Assembly: GCA_965603825.1 (NCBI GenBank)
Contig: CBFDEM010000004.1
Span: 744,001 to 808,000 of the forward strand
Length of the DNA: 64,000 nt
Source: Blepharisma stoltei ATCC 30299
Lineage: Eukaryota > Protista > Ciliophora
Direction of reading: 5' to 3'
Part shown: piece after piece, positions 23,352 to 36,753 of the stretch
How the letters are laid out: each line of letters starts with the position of its first letter
How positions within the stretch are numbered: position 1 is the stretch's first letter
Made by a program: the position numbers and the translations under genes
Notes under the pieces: generated by a model
Told to the model about the DNA's origin: nothing
The model's database searches: none
Seen by the model: the letters and a program-made list of their open reading frames with translations, nothing else

Positions 23352-24172
23352 TGCAATTGACGTTTTTTATTTATTAGACATTGCTGAATGGTAGATGTGT
23401 AATAGTTATTTTATTTGTGTTATGTATGACAAATAAAAAAATAATACATCACTGTAAATTTTAAATTCGAGTTTGGACCTCAAAACTATTTTGTATTTAG
23501 ACCTAATAAAATATTAATAATTCTTTTAAGAATAAAATGCTCGTTGAATTTTTGTTTAAAATTAATAAAAATGCTAAATGCAATAAGAAACATAAGTCTA
23601 TATTGCTAAATTTATTTATTATAAATTTCAACGATCAGCACTGGTAAAATATATTTTTATATATGCTCCAGTGGACGAGAAATCAATTTTTATTATTTAA
23701 AAATATTAATAAGGTGCCTTAGTTCTACTTGATCATAATGCTTTAGATTAAAAGTATATATACTCTTATGAATTAGAATATTTTAATTAAGGAAATAAGT
23801 TCATATTTTTGTTTTAGAAGAATTTTTAATCCATTTTATTAACAATATTATAAATATTTAAACAAATTTAAACAAATTTAATGAAGTAATTCTGATTTTC
23901 CAATAATAATAATAAAAATTTAATATAAATTATATTAGATAATTGGAATAGAGTATTTATTTTCTTAAAAAGTCTAAATAAGCAGAGTTCTTATTAAAAA
24001 TAATTATTACCAAATTTACTTATTAAATAAATATCTAAATTAATTAATAATAATTGCTATAATACTAATTAGAAGTTACATCATGAAATACTAAATAAAA
24101 TTATGAAAAAATAAAAATTGTTCAGCATAATTTTTTGCAGGAAAATCTTTTAATTAGCTTATTATTGTAGCA

Positions 24173-25045
24173 TTATTTAGTGAAGACGCCATTAGCTCCT
24201 TTCCAAACCCATCTGCTATTTTGCTTCTTTTCACTTTGAGATTTTATATCTTCAGAGTTCTTTTGTTTTTTCTGCGCTGAGGATCTTTCTTGTGAATGAT
24301 TTATAATATTTCCTCTTATTTTGATTCTAACATCTGTTAAGTTTTTTGCTTCATTAATTCAGTTAAATCTTTCAGGCTTTTCTTCTTGTGGCTGAATTTT
24401 AATTTGTTCCTTATTTGTGTCTATTACGAATGCTTTAACTATTTTCTTTTTAAAAATTTTTTCATTTGAGTTTTTTGATTCTCTGCTTTCATCTACGATT
24501 TTATTCGGAGGAGTCTTGAAAAATGTGTTTTCTGATCCAGTAAATTCATCCTCTTCAATCTTATCTAAGTTTTTTAGCGTTCTTACATTTAGCTTCAAAG
24601 TACTGACTCTAGCAGTTCTTCGCTGCTTTCTTTCCCCAAAAACCTTATCTATGCGATTGAAATCAAGATCTTCTTTCTTTGATATTGGATTTTGAGTGAT
24701 GAGTAGTAAATTTTCTTGGCTTTTATAATTTGGCTCTTTTATTGAAACAAGCGTTTTAAAAGTTTTCGAATTTGAAACTGAAAAATTTGTTTTCTCAAAA
24801 CTACTTATGCAGTCTGGAGATAAACTGGGAGTATACGATTTTTTTAAAAGTGCGTCGAGATTTCTTTCGGATTTAACACTTGCTAATGCGCCCTCAGTGG
24901 TATACTCGCTAATTTTTTTGATTTCCTTTTTATCTTCATTTGAATATATTTTTATTCTTTGAGATTCATTGATAGTATTCTTAACTGGTTGTGATAGTTT
25001 TCTTATAGCAGATCTAATTCTCACATAAGAGTGGTCTCGGTTCAT
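24173..25045 (-). CDS. Orphan protein, WxWKGAxG family (member 3; 290 aa)
   Basis: Reading TGA 24359 as Trp extends the ORF to DVRIKIRG...SRWVWKGANGVFTK-TAA. Confidence 0.8.
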
Positions 25046-25099
25046 CTTCTTATTGCTTATATTTATAAACGGATACCATTTTGATTAAATTAATGTTTA

Positions 25100-26818
25100 C
25101 TATTTAACTGACTGATTTTCGTTGCTTTCAGCTAGAATTCTTTCTAATTCTTCTTTATTTTCGTTTAATATTTCGACAAGATCTTTAAATTTCGGGAGGA
25201 GTGTTTCCATTGGACTTATAAAAGGCTCAATTAAGTACGTTACAAAATTCAATTGTGCCTTTTCCACAATGACATTATCTCGATTACATGTAGGAGATAT
25301 TGGAATTCCCAGTTCTTTTTCTTTATCTCCCTGCATGAAAAATTCTTGGTTAATTAATTCAGTTCATTTCTTGCTTATTTCAAAAGGTCGAAATGCGTTG
25401 CTTAGGTCACAAAAATGCATAAGAAGCTCCATAGAAGCATATTTCCCTTCTTCAGAAAATACTTTTCCTGAATCAATTAAGCCTTGAAAATTATTTAAAT
25501 GCTCAAAATGCTTGCTCATATCCGTGGCAAGGACTAAATCAATTATTTTTTTTCTGAATAATTTTTGTAAATTTTCTTCCATATTTATAAAAATATTCAT
25601 GCTTGGCTTCATGGTCAAATTAAAAGCTGAAGATATATGGAAATTTTCTAAAACTGCTTTATCATTGTACAGCATTGCTAACTTATGCTGAGTATTAACT
25701 AAAAATGCGTTTGTTAACCCTGGATGCTGATAATCATGAATTGCAGCACTTATATAGCAAATAGCAACTTCTGCAGGTGAAAAGTTGCAGATTTCTTTGG
25801 CTCCACAGCTATTTATCATATAATGAAAAGCTTGCACAACGTCTGCTGCGTGTGTTGAGTTATGATAAGGATTTTCAGCTTTATATCCAGACTGTATTCT
25901 TAAAATCAATTTTTTAAATTGCTGTTGTGGAATGTTTAAAGTATTGAAAAAGTCGAATTTATTAAAAAGATGATTCATAATAATTTGAAGGCTGTTTTGG
26001 CCATTTTCTTCTGAAAATTTAAAAATATCAAATTCAATTTTTTCAAGCTCCTCAAGATCTTGGCTACCAGTATGAATAGATGGCTCTGGAATAATATCTT
26101 GAGGATCTATTGGGCGAGCTGTCTCATCTAATTTCAAGCTGAAATTTCAGCCAATTAAGCTTATAGCTTCATCTTTTTTGTCATCTATTTTTTCTTCTTG
26201 ATCAATTATTTCATAAGAATGTCTACATGTGGATCTCAAATATAAGTCTATTTCATTCATCAGCTCTTTATCATTAGTGTTTGATGCCATTTTCATTGCT
26301 TTACTCATTATTTCCGCAATTTTTTCTGAATTTAGAGGACTTGAATCTTCTATCGAGCTAGGCGATCTTTGATTATTTCTTATTGGAACCAGCATATCAT
26401 ATAAAGCTATATCAGTCAAAGTTAGCTTAAAAACGAAAAAAATCCCTTTAATTCCATGTCTGTGCCTTATATTAGGTCCTAACAATTGGCATATACTAAT
26501 TACCAGACAAACTATTGTAGCAATGATATTTAGAAGCTTTGGAGTGGTAAAAGTAATTGACTAAATGTAAAATACTTTGAAATTCGATTGAATGTGATAA
26601 CAAAATAGAAGGCTGATTATTATCAATAATGATAATTCAATACAGTTTAAAGCCAAAACTCCATCATCATTTATTGCTTCCTCAAAAGATGCTCATATTA
26701 CAACAACGATTGTGTAGCACAGATAAAGAAGTTTAAGCATTGTCCTGATTAATCTGATGATTAGTGCAGATTTCATATTAATTTTTTTAATAAAAGTTGT
26801 TTGTTTTATAAGACGCAT
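25100..26818 (-). CDS. Class I 3',5'-cyclic-nucleotide phosphodiesterase with N-terminal transmembrane region (~567 aa)
   Basis: YHNSTHAAD, HDYQHPG, LENFH, LATDM, DLSN and [W]TELINQEFFMQGD. Joined by three TGA=Trp codons and intron 26561-26575; hydrophobic N-terminal helices. Confidence 0.9.
26561..26575 (-). other. 15-nt intron
   Basis: GTATTTTACATTTAG; removes an in-frame TAG. Confidence 0.85.
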
Positions 26819-27413
26819 TTTAGTGATATTTAATTAAATTTTAATTAAGCATTTTTGCTATTGGAAAAATTAAATAGGCTGAATATACAAAAGAGTTACT
26901 GTGATAAAAAACAAAAATAATTGCAATTATTCTTATTTTAATGAGCCTTGCAAGTAAATTTATTTAATTTAATCAAATTAGTTATTATCTTAAAATATAT
27001 CAAATTGCTTAATCATACTCATTTCCACTTATTATATACAAACTGACAACGATCTTATTATTCTTCTGATTTAAATAACTGAATAAATTATAGCTATGCA
27101 GTTACAATCTGCAAATTAAATATACACTATCAAATTGTAGTGCTTACAGAAAAAGCTGCTAAATATTATAGTCTGCTGTAAAAATTATGTGAGCTTAAAG
27201 GCTAAAATAGAGCCTGAAAATCATTTTTACTCTTGATAAATTTTAATTAATATAAATAATTATATACAAACTCGGCTTAAATCACAATTATAACAAACGC
27301 TGAGCTTTAATTGGTTGCATTCTAAAATAATCTTTGTGTTAATTATAACATATCATCAAGAAAAAATCTAGGAAATTCTGAATGCTCTCTAATTAAAATA
27401 AAACTTAATAGCT

Positions 27414-29642
27414 ATGACGGTAAAATTCAATTAGGATTTCGAAATTAGCATTCCAAGAATACATATTGTGCAAAGCTTTTCTGATGACATTTCTCAGCAA
27501 AGCAGCAATGAAAGCACAGAAAATAAATCTCAGCATCGACATAATGTCAGTGTCGCTGATTCTGAAGAAAAGCCTATGCTTGAATCAGATAATATGAATT
27601 CGACTGAAAGAAATAGAGTTTTAATTCGGAGTGTCCCTGTCCCTGACTCTCCTTATAATGATGTATGAAAGCGTGCACGATTCAAATTGCAAGTAATTTT
27701 TATCTTAAGAGCTTTATCTAAGCATGTGCATTTATACGGACATCTATCTTCTCCAAAAATAACTGATAGAATATTCTCAATAGAGCCAGAAATTAAGGGG
27801 ACTTTTACTATGGAAGTTCAGGTAAAAGAACCACTACCGTTTTTGATTATTCATCCAAATATCAAAGCAAAAATTATATGAAATATAATTATAGCGATTT
27901 GCTTAATTTATTGTGTTACAATAATGCCGTTTTCTATGGCATTTTATGAGACTAATGGCTATGATGTGTGATTCTTTATTGATATGACGTTGAATGGGCT
28001 GTTTTTTATAGATATACTAGTACAGTTTTGTAGCGCATACTATGATGAAGATGGAACACTTGTGACATCAAGATTTAAAATTATTCTGAAATATTTGCTG
28101 GGTTGATTTGCTATAGATGCTGTTTCTTGCATTCCATTTGGATTATTAGGAGTTGGTAGCCAATCTGGAACCTCAAGCCATAATAGTATGATAAAGCTTC
28201 TACGGCTCCCAAAATTATACCGTTTAGCAAGAATTACAAGATTAGCTAAAATGATGAAGCATTACAAACACAATTATATTTTTGAAATGCTTCAAGACTT
28301 TTTAAGCATAAAGCATACCGAAATGCGCTTGTTTAAATCATTTTTTACTATCATGCTTTGTGTACATATTATGGCCTGTGTATGATATTATTCTGCAAAA
28401 ATCCAAGGATTTGACCCTGATACATGGGTGAGTAGATGTGGTTATCTGGATTCTGATATTTCTACGCTTTATATTACATCAATCTATTGAGCAATAGCAA
28501 CAGTTTGCAGTATAGGATATGGAGATATTACAGCAGTAACGGATTTAGAAATGATTCTCTGTATTTGTTGGATGTTTTCGGGGCTTTATTTTGTATCATT
28601 TACTGTTGGGAGCTTAGCATCAATGCTTGATGGACTCAACACAAAAGAAAATGTTCTTAACAATAAATTAGCAGTTATTGATGAATTTGCTATCGAGACC
28701 AAACTCAACAAAAAGCTTAAATATAAATTACGGCATGCATTAAAATATTCTACAGAAAAAACTGGATTTTCTTGAATAGATAAAAATAGTATATTCAATG
28801 AACTTCCTAAGCATCTCCGATATGAAGTAGCGCTTGCCATGCACCATGGAGCTGTAAGAGACCTAATACTTTTTCAAGATAAAGACCCAGTAATTGTTGC
28901 TTACATTGTACCATTTCTTCAGCCTATGTTTGTGAATTTTAAGGATTTTATTTACCAAAAAGACGAGTTCGCTGAAGAAATTTATTTTTTGACAAGGGGA
29001 CGTGTAAGCTATATTTATTGAGACCAAGCTGTTGTATATTCTGCGCAGATAGGAACTTATTTTGGAGATATCGAAGTAGTGTATCATATCCCTAGAAAAT
29101 ATAGCGCCAAAGCTGTGAGAAGTTCTGAGTTATTAATTATGGGCAAAAGCCTAATAAATACAGTGAGAAGGGAATTTCCAGGGATGTGGGACGAAATGAC
29201 TCAAACTGCTGAAGAACGAGATGCATTAAATGAAAAAACTATTCTTGAAATTAAAGAATGCAACTCCATGTCAAAAGAAGGAAAATTATTTATGATTGAT
29301 CCTGCGAATTTTAAAGATAAAATTGAAAAAAAATTAAAAATTAAAAAGGCTGAAGACATTCAAAAAAGAATCACTGAAATTGGATTTCATAGAGTCTCTA
29401 AACAAAAGAAATTAACCTTTGGAGATCTTTATGACAAATTGGAAAATGCGCAAGCTTATTTGGGAAATCTGGAGAAGTATGTGATGGATTATTCGAGGCT
29501 TTCAGGATTAACTGTAGGTCATTCGCCATTACCTCGAAGAAAAAAATCTCAGAGAGATTCTATTGGTGATCATTATTCATATTTCGAGTCAGACGAAGAA
29601 AGCTTTATTGAAGATACAACTTTGTCTTTAGCCCCAGAGTAG
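27414..29642 (+). CDS. 6-TM K+-channel with C-terminal cyclic-nucleotide-binding domain (KCNH/HCN/CNG superfamily; ~737 aa)
   Basis: S4 KLLRLPKLYRLARITRLAK, pore SIY[W]AIATVCSIGYGDI, C-linker ELPKHLR and CNBD YFGDIE...PRKYSAKA. Eight in-frame TGA=Trp; intron 27420-27434. Confidence 0.92.
27420..27434 (+). other. 15-nt intron after codon 2
   Basis: GTAAAATTCAATTAG; links ATG 27414 to the channel frame. Confidence 0.82.
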
Positions 29643-29781
29643 TTTCCTTTCTAAACAGTTTTCACAAATTCGCAGAAAATGTATTGATCCATGATATTTT
29701 TATGGGCCTTAAATTAAATTTTATATTAATTCCCTTTGCATAAATTTTATTTTGTTTTACAATTATCTTTGATGGATGATC

Positions 29782-32700
29782 TTATGACCCAATCTCATCG
29801 GTATTAAAAATTTCACTCCTTTGTGGCTCTGAATCCAAAAGTACGTAAGAACTGATTGTTGTTCCATTATGCAGGGCGATTTTTTTCCAAAATTCAAAAA
29901 TATATTTTCCGCATAAAAGAATTTGCAGCATTTCCTTGATAGTCTCACTAACAACAATTTTACCAGGTTCTCCATGGCTTTCCATTTTATTAGCAATTTG
30001 TACATCAGTCCCATATATGTCATACCTTATAAGGTTAGTCCCAGTGATCCCTCCAATAACATTTCCAACATGAAGCCCAATTCTCATATTTAATTCTGTA
30101 TGGTTTTTTTCATTGACTTCTTTTATAATATTAATCATTGTTTGAGCAAAATCAATCATAGAGACACAATCTCTTATAGAGTCTCTGCTTTCTTTTTCGT
30201 TTTCATTATAAGCCATGGCTACATAGCAGTCTCCAATTGTATGGACTTTGTAGATATTATTTTCCACACAAAATTTATCAAATCTTGTAAAAAGTTCTGA
30301 AAGCATCCTTACCACTTCTTTTGGGCTGTTGTTGGCTGCCCAGGACGTAAATCCTACGATATCAGCATAAAGAATTGGAATTTCATGGAGATTATCAGTG
30401 ATTATTATTTCTTCTTTAAGCTTTTGATAGACATGAGGAGGCATCATTTTCTTATTCAAGGTCTCAGTTTTTTCGTGCTCTTTTTTGGAAATAATTTTGA
30501 GATTTGAGAGTTTGCGTATTCGGAATTCTCGATTATAAATCATATATAATAAGAATCCTACGTAAACTAGAGTAGATAATATAAAAGTGGCAAATTCAGG
30601 CTTCTGGTCTATAGAAATGAGTAAAATTCTGAGGGCGCAAAAGAATATCGCAGTCCAAAAAATTTCTCTAAAAATTAATTGACTGCAATGAGTGATTAAA
30701 ATCATATGATAATAAAATCCAATACAAAACTCATTTGATAAATGCCCTTCAGCAAAAGCTATTATCATTCCTATAAATGTATAAGCACAATAAATGCAAT
30801 GAAGTGTTTTCGCATAGGCTCTTGTTTTATAATACTTTTTCATCACAAAAAGCATTATTATATAGCTAACACTCTCACATATATATTTCGTCATCATTAT
30901 GTAGGTCCCATTCGCATACTTAGTTTTAAAGCCTTCAATAATTGCACAAAAGCCAATGCTAATAGATGCTATAAGTAGTCCATAATGATAAATAGGATAA
31001 TTCAGTATCCTAATTTCATGCCTAAACCCTTTTTCTTTGTCATCGTCCACAATCCCACATAGGAGCCATTTCGACCTTAGCGAAAGCTCTGTGTTACTTT
31101 TTTGAAATATTGAGTCTGCGTCTTGAATATCAAGTCTTCTAAATAAAGATGATCTTTTGCCAGAAAGCTTTTTTTGACAATTCTGCCGAATTCGTGGCAG
31201 TGGTGATAGCTCATGGCTTGAATAATAATTTTGAATTGGGCCATCTCTGGTTGGACTTGGAAGCTCTCCAAGCTGAGTTGAAACGCTGACAAGCCAGGTC
31301 TCCATTTCTCCTTTGCCTTTTACTTGGACTGTTTTTAATATAAATTCAAGGCCTCGCTTATCAGAAATCATGTTATAAGTAGCCATTGAAATTTGTATTG
31401 AATTAGGCTCTTTTAGAGTTGATGCCATTCGGCTTGCTGTATTCACTGTATCTCCTACTAAAGAAAACTGCGGCTTGTGGTAGCCAACAACCCCAGCTGT
31501 AACATGTCCACTATTAATCCCAATTTTTAGTCGAAGCGGCTCTCCATTTTTTAAGTAAATCGTTTTTGCAGTCCTTAACATTGCCAATCCCATTTCTACA
31601 GCTCTTCTTGCATGAGGAACAGTGCTAAATGTAGGATCCATTTCAGCTTCACATTCAATGAGCCCTGCGCAGGCCATATACGTTTTTCCAACCGTTTCTA
31701 TTTTGGTAACCCCAACCAAGTCGCATAGCTGATCAAATTTTCCAAAAATTTCTCCAAGAAATGCAGTGATTTCTTGAGATTGGTAGCTTTCTATAATAGA
31801 ATCAAAATTATCAATATCGCAAAATAGAACAGAAACAATCCCTTGGTCTTCTGCAATAGCTCTGTCGCCATTTTTTACGCGATTCATCACAAATGGAGGT
31901 AAAAGATAGCTTAACACAGCTAAAGATTTTTCGAAATCCAATTGGACTTGATTATAAAGGACGTATTCAGATCTTTTGGATTTATTGATGCAATAGCCAA
32001 TTATGCTTGATTCAATATAAATTGATAGATATAAATTCATGTACTCAATAGTTTTAAGGATGACTTCTGCTGTCGTGCTATAATCATGACCGCTTTGGAT
32101 ACAGATGTTGACTCCTACACAAGCTACTAAAAATAAATAAAAAATTGACAAATCATGCCAGTATGAATTAAGACACGTTAGCCCTACTATAATAAGCAGT
32201 GGGAACCCTTGTGAGCTTTTGGTTTGTGTGAAGATTCCTTGTATCAAAATAAATATAGAAATCATAGCAAAAAATGCTAAAACCAGCCACTTATAATAGC
32301 TTTTTAAAGCAGGAGCCAAAGATATGAAAAACCAAATAGTAAGAGACGGAAGCACAGTATAAAAAGCAATTAGTGCTTTATTATCAGTGTCAATTGAGTA
32401 TGCAAGCAGTTGATAGAATATAATAAAAAATATTAAGATCACAAAAATGTTCCTATATGAGACGAAATTTTCATTCATATCTTTTGTTTGGTATTCCTTC
32501 TCTCTTACTTCAGACGCAAATTTTAATTTCCATTTGTCAATTTCAAAGGCATCGAGCTCGATTTTATATCTTCAATTGCAAGAGTCCTTATATAATAAAT
32601 GCAGCCTGGAGATATAGTCATATAGCCGAGATCTGATTTCAAATAGGAAATTATGAGCCTTTAGGCTTTTGATTTTGTCAATTATTGAAGGGAAAAATAT

Positions 32701-35700
32701 AAAAGTCCAAGCTTTTATTCAGTAGGATATAATAACAGATATCAGAGGGACAATAAAAATAAAAATTCAGGTTGATGGGATTTTTGAGAGGTCATTAAAA
32801 ATTCCAACTAGCCAGATTTCACTAGTGCTATCATAAGTAAATAAAAAGCAAGCTAAAATTAATGTCAGAAGACATATGATTTGTGCTCCGATTGTGAAGA
32901 TGTTAATTGAGCTGCTTTCTACTAGTAATACACATGCTATGCATAAGCAAAGCACAATGGCGACTACGAATCCCATTATTTCTAAATCTACTGGATGCCC
33001 ATTTGAAGAGATTCCAGAGCCGAATTTGTACGCAAAATATCATATTATTGTCCCTTGGATAATTCCTTTAAACATATATAAAAAATATCTTCCAAAACTT
33101 AAAAAAGGTCTAAAAAAACCTATTGAATAAGCTTGAGGATGCTCTAAATATTGGAATCAGCTAAGATCTTCGTCATAAATCCCATAAACCCCCACTAAAA
33201 ATGCATTGAATAAAAAGATATATAAAAATGTCATGTTAACTCCAAATAAATGCCCACCTGATCATTGAGAACTTGCATTGAAGTAAAAAAGCACTGTTAC
33301 CAATAAAAATTTTGTATAAAAACTTGTCAAAACCACATTACAAATTCTTCGAAAATTCGAATTTCCAATATAAAATAGCAGCTCTTTTAGCTGTGAAAAA
33401 TCATTTATCACAATATCTGCAGCATTTTCTGCATATCTTCCTTCATTTCCTCTTATCGCGACTCCTATATGTGCTTCTTGTATCATTCCAAGATCATTAT
33501 TCCCATCCCCTACTGCCAATACTACCGGATTAAAGTCAAAGTTATTTTTCAAAAATTTCACAACTTTTCGTTTCTGATCAGGAAACAAAGAGTGAAAAAT
33601 CACAGAATGAGCCGAAAACAAAAGGGCAGCAAAACATTCACGATGAGCCCTGGAGCTGAGTCCATATTCCAATCCAGATTTATCCACAGAAACCACATAA
33701 TAAATGGAGTTAGGGTTAAAATGTCCATCTAAAGTAAATTTTCCTTTATTAGTGTCTGTTAAATTTGATATAAAAATCTGCAGAGATTCATGATAAATTC
33801 TTTCCAGCTGTTTTATATCAGTACTTCTCTTCATTCTCAAAATATGCTCATCCTCTGATGTATTTTTCGCTGAAAGCTCTTGAGATCTTTCCACTAACAA
33901 ATTCGGCTCTGAATTAACTTCTTCTGAAATTTCAAACCTTTCAGTTCTCTGTATCGGGCTTCTTTTCTTATTAAAAGATTCTTCATTTTCACATCTGCTT
34001 GACCGTTTATGTCTATGATAAATGCATTCTTCAACCTGTTTTTGCATTTCTTTTAAACAATGTTCTTCAGACTTAAAATTGGTCATCCTTATCATTCTTA
34101 CACTTTCCTCATAAATTCCTGACCCAACTCCAGCTCGGATTGTGCTTTCTTCTGAGTCTCCAGAAAGGATTCATAGCTTAATCCCAGCTTGTGTCAATAA
34201 ATTTACAGCTTCTTTGGTTTCTTCTGAAATTTTATCTTCTAGCCCAACCATCCCTAAATATTGCATTTTATTTTGGTATTTTTCAAAAACACTTTCAATT
34301 CTGCCTTCTTTGTTGACTGGGCAGTATTTTGCATTTTTATAATCAATTAGAAATAAATCAGTTTCAGTTTTTGACAATCTTTTATAGCCAAAAATTAGGA
34401 TTCTCATGCCTATTAGTCCTCGGGTAAGCAATGTCATTTCTTCGATGTTGGATTTTTCTTCAAATTCAATATCAAATAAATTCAGCATTTTTTCTTTGTT
34501 TCCTTTTGCTAGCAAGATGCTTTCATTTTCTCCAATTTTTCTTACCAAAATCATAGACACTTTGGTTTCTGAAGTAAATGGCAGCAACCCTATAATTTCA
34601 TACCCATAAAATTCTTCATTAATCTTAATTTCGCAATAGTGCTGGCTTCTGCTTACGAGTTTTACACCTAATTTCCCTGCAGTTTGCACAAGTATTCTTT
34701 CGTCTGCAGAAATAGCAGTCAGTTCCCCATTTTGTTCCAAAAACATGCTGTTGCATACAGCCATGCATAGAAAAAAATTAAAAACATTATTGCTTTTTTC
34801 AGTTGCCAATATTTCTCGCTTTAAATCAGAAAATCTATTTGAGTCAGATTTAGCTCTCTGTCTCATCGTAGCCGGATTTGTATCACATAAAGGGCTTACT
34901 CTGGTTTCACTAGAATAAAAATAAGCTGAATCTATTTCCATGAAATCAGCTTGATTGTCTTCTTCTCAGTACTGAGTTTCACCTATTATACAAACCTGAA
35001 TAGTCAGCTCATTTTTAGTCAAAGTTCCTGTTTTGTCAGTTAAAATATACTCAATTTGGCCTAAATCTTCAGAAATTTCGCCAGCTTTAAAATGGATTGA
35101 TGGGAATATTTTATGCATTCGGTATCATTGTATGAGCCTGATTGAATATAAACAAATAAATAGAGTTAGAGGGACTAAAGGATAATAAAGTAATAATTGA
35201 GCAACAATGTCATCAATTTTGTTATCACATTCATCATGGAATTGGACAGGAATATTAATTTGGATAATAAAAGACATAACTGTAACAAAAGCAAGAATAA
35301 TGACTGACAGACGGATTAATTTTGAAATTGTTTTATCTACTTTTGATTGCTTTCTTTGTCGATTTTTTCAATTGAGAGACACTTTTGTTTCGATTCCTGT
35401 ATATACAACAATCCCAAGTATTCAATTTTGAGACACTATAGTCGTTCCTTTCCATATAGTATTTTTAAATGTAAGGACTTCTGCCTTTGGAAATTTTTTC
35501 AGTTTAAGTTTTCCAGAAAATTTGGAAAATGACTTACTTGGCGTGGAAACCCTCAAAGTCCCATCTAATCGTCTGATAGACTTGCAAGCTTCACTAAGGT
35601 CTTGAGTCGCTATTGTAGCCTGAGCACATTTGATAGGATATTTAATTCTCAAATTCCGATCCCCAAAAATTTCATAAGCATCCACAAAGCACTCTCTTTC

Positions 35701-36180
35701 CTCATTCCCAACAGCAAGCAGCAAAATATCAGCTGGAGCAGTCTGTTTATCATACAAAAGAATTATATCGCCGACCAGCAAATCTTTACAATGCTTTTCG
35801 ATAAATTCATGTCCATTTCAACAGTTCACAGGTAAAAAGTTACCTGATTTTTCATATCTATGGTGTCAAAACTGCTTGAAAAGGTCTTTTAAAATCGATA
35901 AAATTATAAAAAAACAAAACAGTGCGACGATATAGTTTTTATTTGAAGAATCGTCAAATATAAGGATGACTATCAAAACAAAAATAAATCATAAATGGGA
36001 CTCCTTGAGAAATTGAAGGAGAAGAACTTTTGGGGTAAGCCAAAGAATGTTGTTATTCGATTTTTTGATTTCATTTGTGACAAATGGAGAGTGTTTTATA
36101 GCTGACTTACCATCAAATTTTATGACCCTTAGAAAATTGTCTTCAGATAATTTTGCGTCTGTTCTTTCATTTGAGCTCAT
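29782..36180 (-). CDS. Bifunctional P4-type ATPase-like / guanylyl cyclase fusion (alveolate type; 2132 aa)
   Basis: All pieces are in one frame via ~12 TGA=Trp codons. P4 motifs [33 protein letters not shown][W]ILSGD and GDGNND, then two TM blocks and two cyclase domains (KIETVGKTY...[10 protein letters not shown]; KVHTIGDCY). Confidence 0.93.
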
Positions 36181-36753
36181 TCGAAATTAATTTTAATTAT
36201 AATTTCAATTGCATATGATAAGGAGAGAAATATATAAAAATATTATGGAGTAAAAGTAAGTGTTATATGATATTCAAATAAATTTCATGTAGAAGTGTTA
36301 GAAATTTACTGTAAGTTTTCTGTTTGAAATAAGATTTTTATATAATGAGAAATAGTAAAATTGATGTGGATAAATTATTTGAATTTTGGATAACGATTTA
36401 TATAGAAAGATATTAAAAATATTGGAAATTTTGGTATGGTGATAAAGAGATTATATAATGGGTCTTAAAAGGTGGGTATTTAATATTGAATCATATCTGA
36501 TAATTTTTTAAACAATTTTAACCTTTATATTAATTCAGAATCTTGAGATTAAAAATATATTAAAGAGTCTCTTAATGAGATACTTAATGGTTTTTTATAT
36601 TTAATAAGAAAATGTTTCTTTTTCTAAATTAAATACTTAGAAAATAATAGCAGTCAGTCTTAGCAGTTTCCCTTTGATTAGGTTAATTTTCTAATAATAC
36701 AAATGAACGATTAAAATTAGAAATGCCTTATTGATATGGAATAACTGCATTAA

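Noticed and set aside
23856-23881. ATTTAAACAA tandem repeat
   Set aside because: About 2.5 copies in very AT-rich DNA; simple slippage.
28500-28526. Channel filter TVCSIGYGD as a novel selectivity filter
   Set aside because: GYGD is intact and Ser at that position also occurs in KCNH channels; within known variation.
27468-36180. Fragmented channel and ATPase ORFs as pseudogenes or selenoproteins
   Set aside because: All breaks are in-frame TGAs at Trp-conserved, not Cys/redox, positions, and there are no frameshifts.
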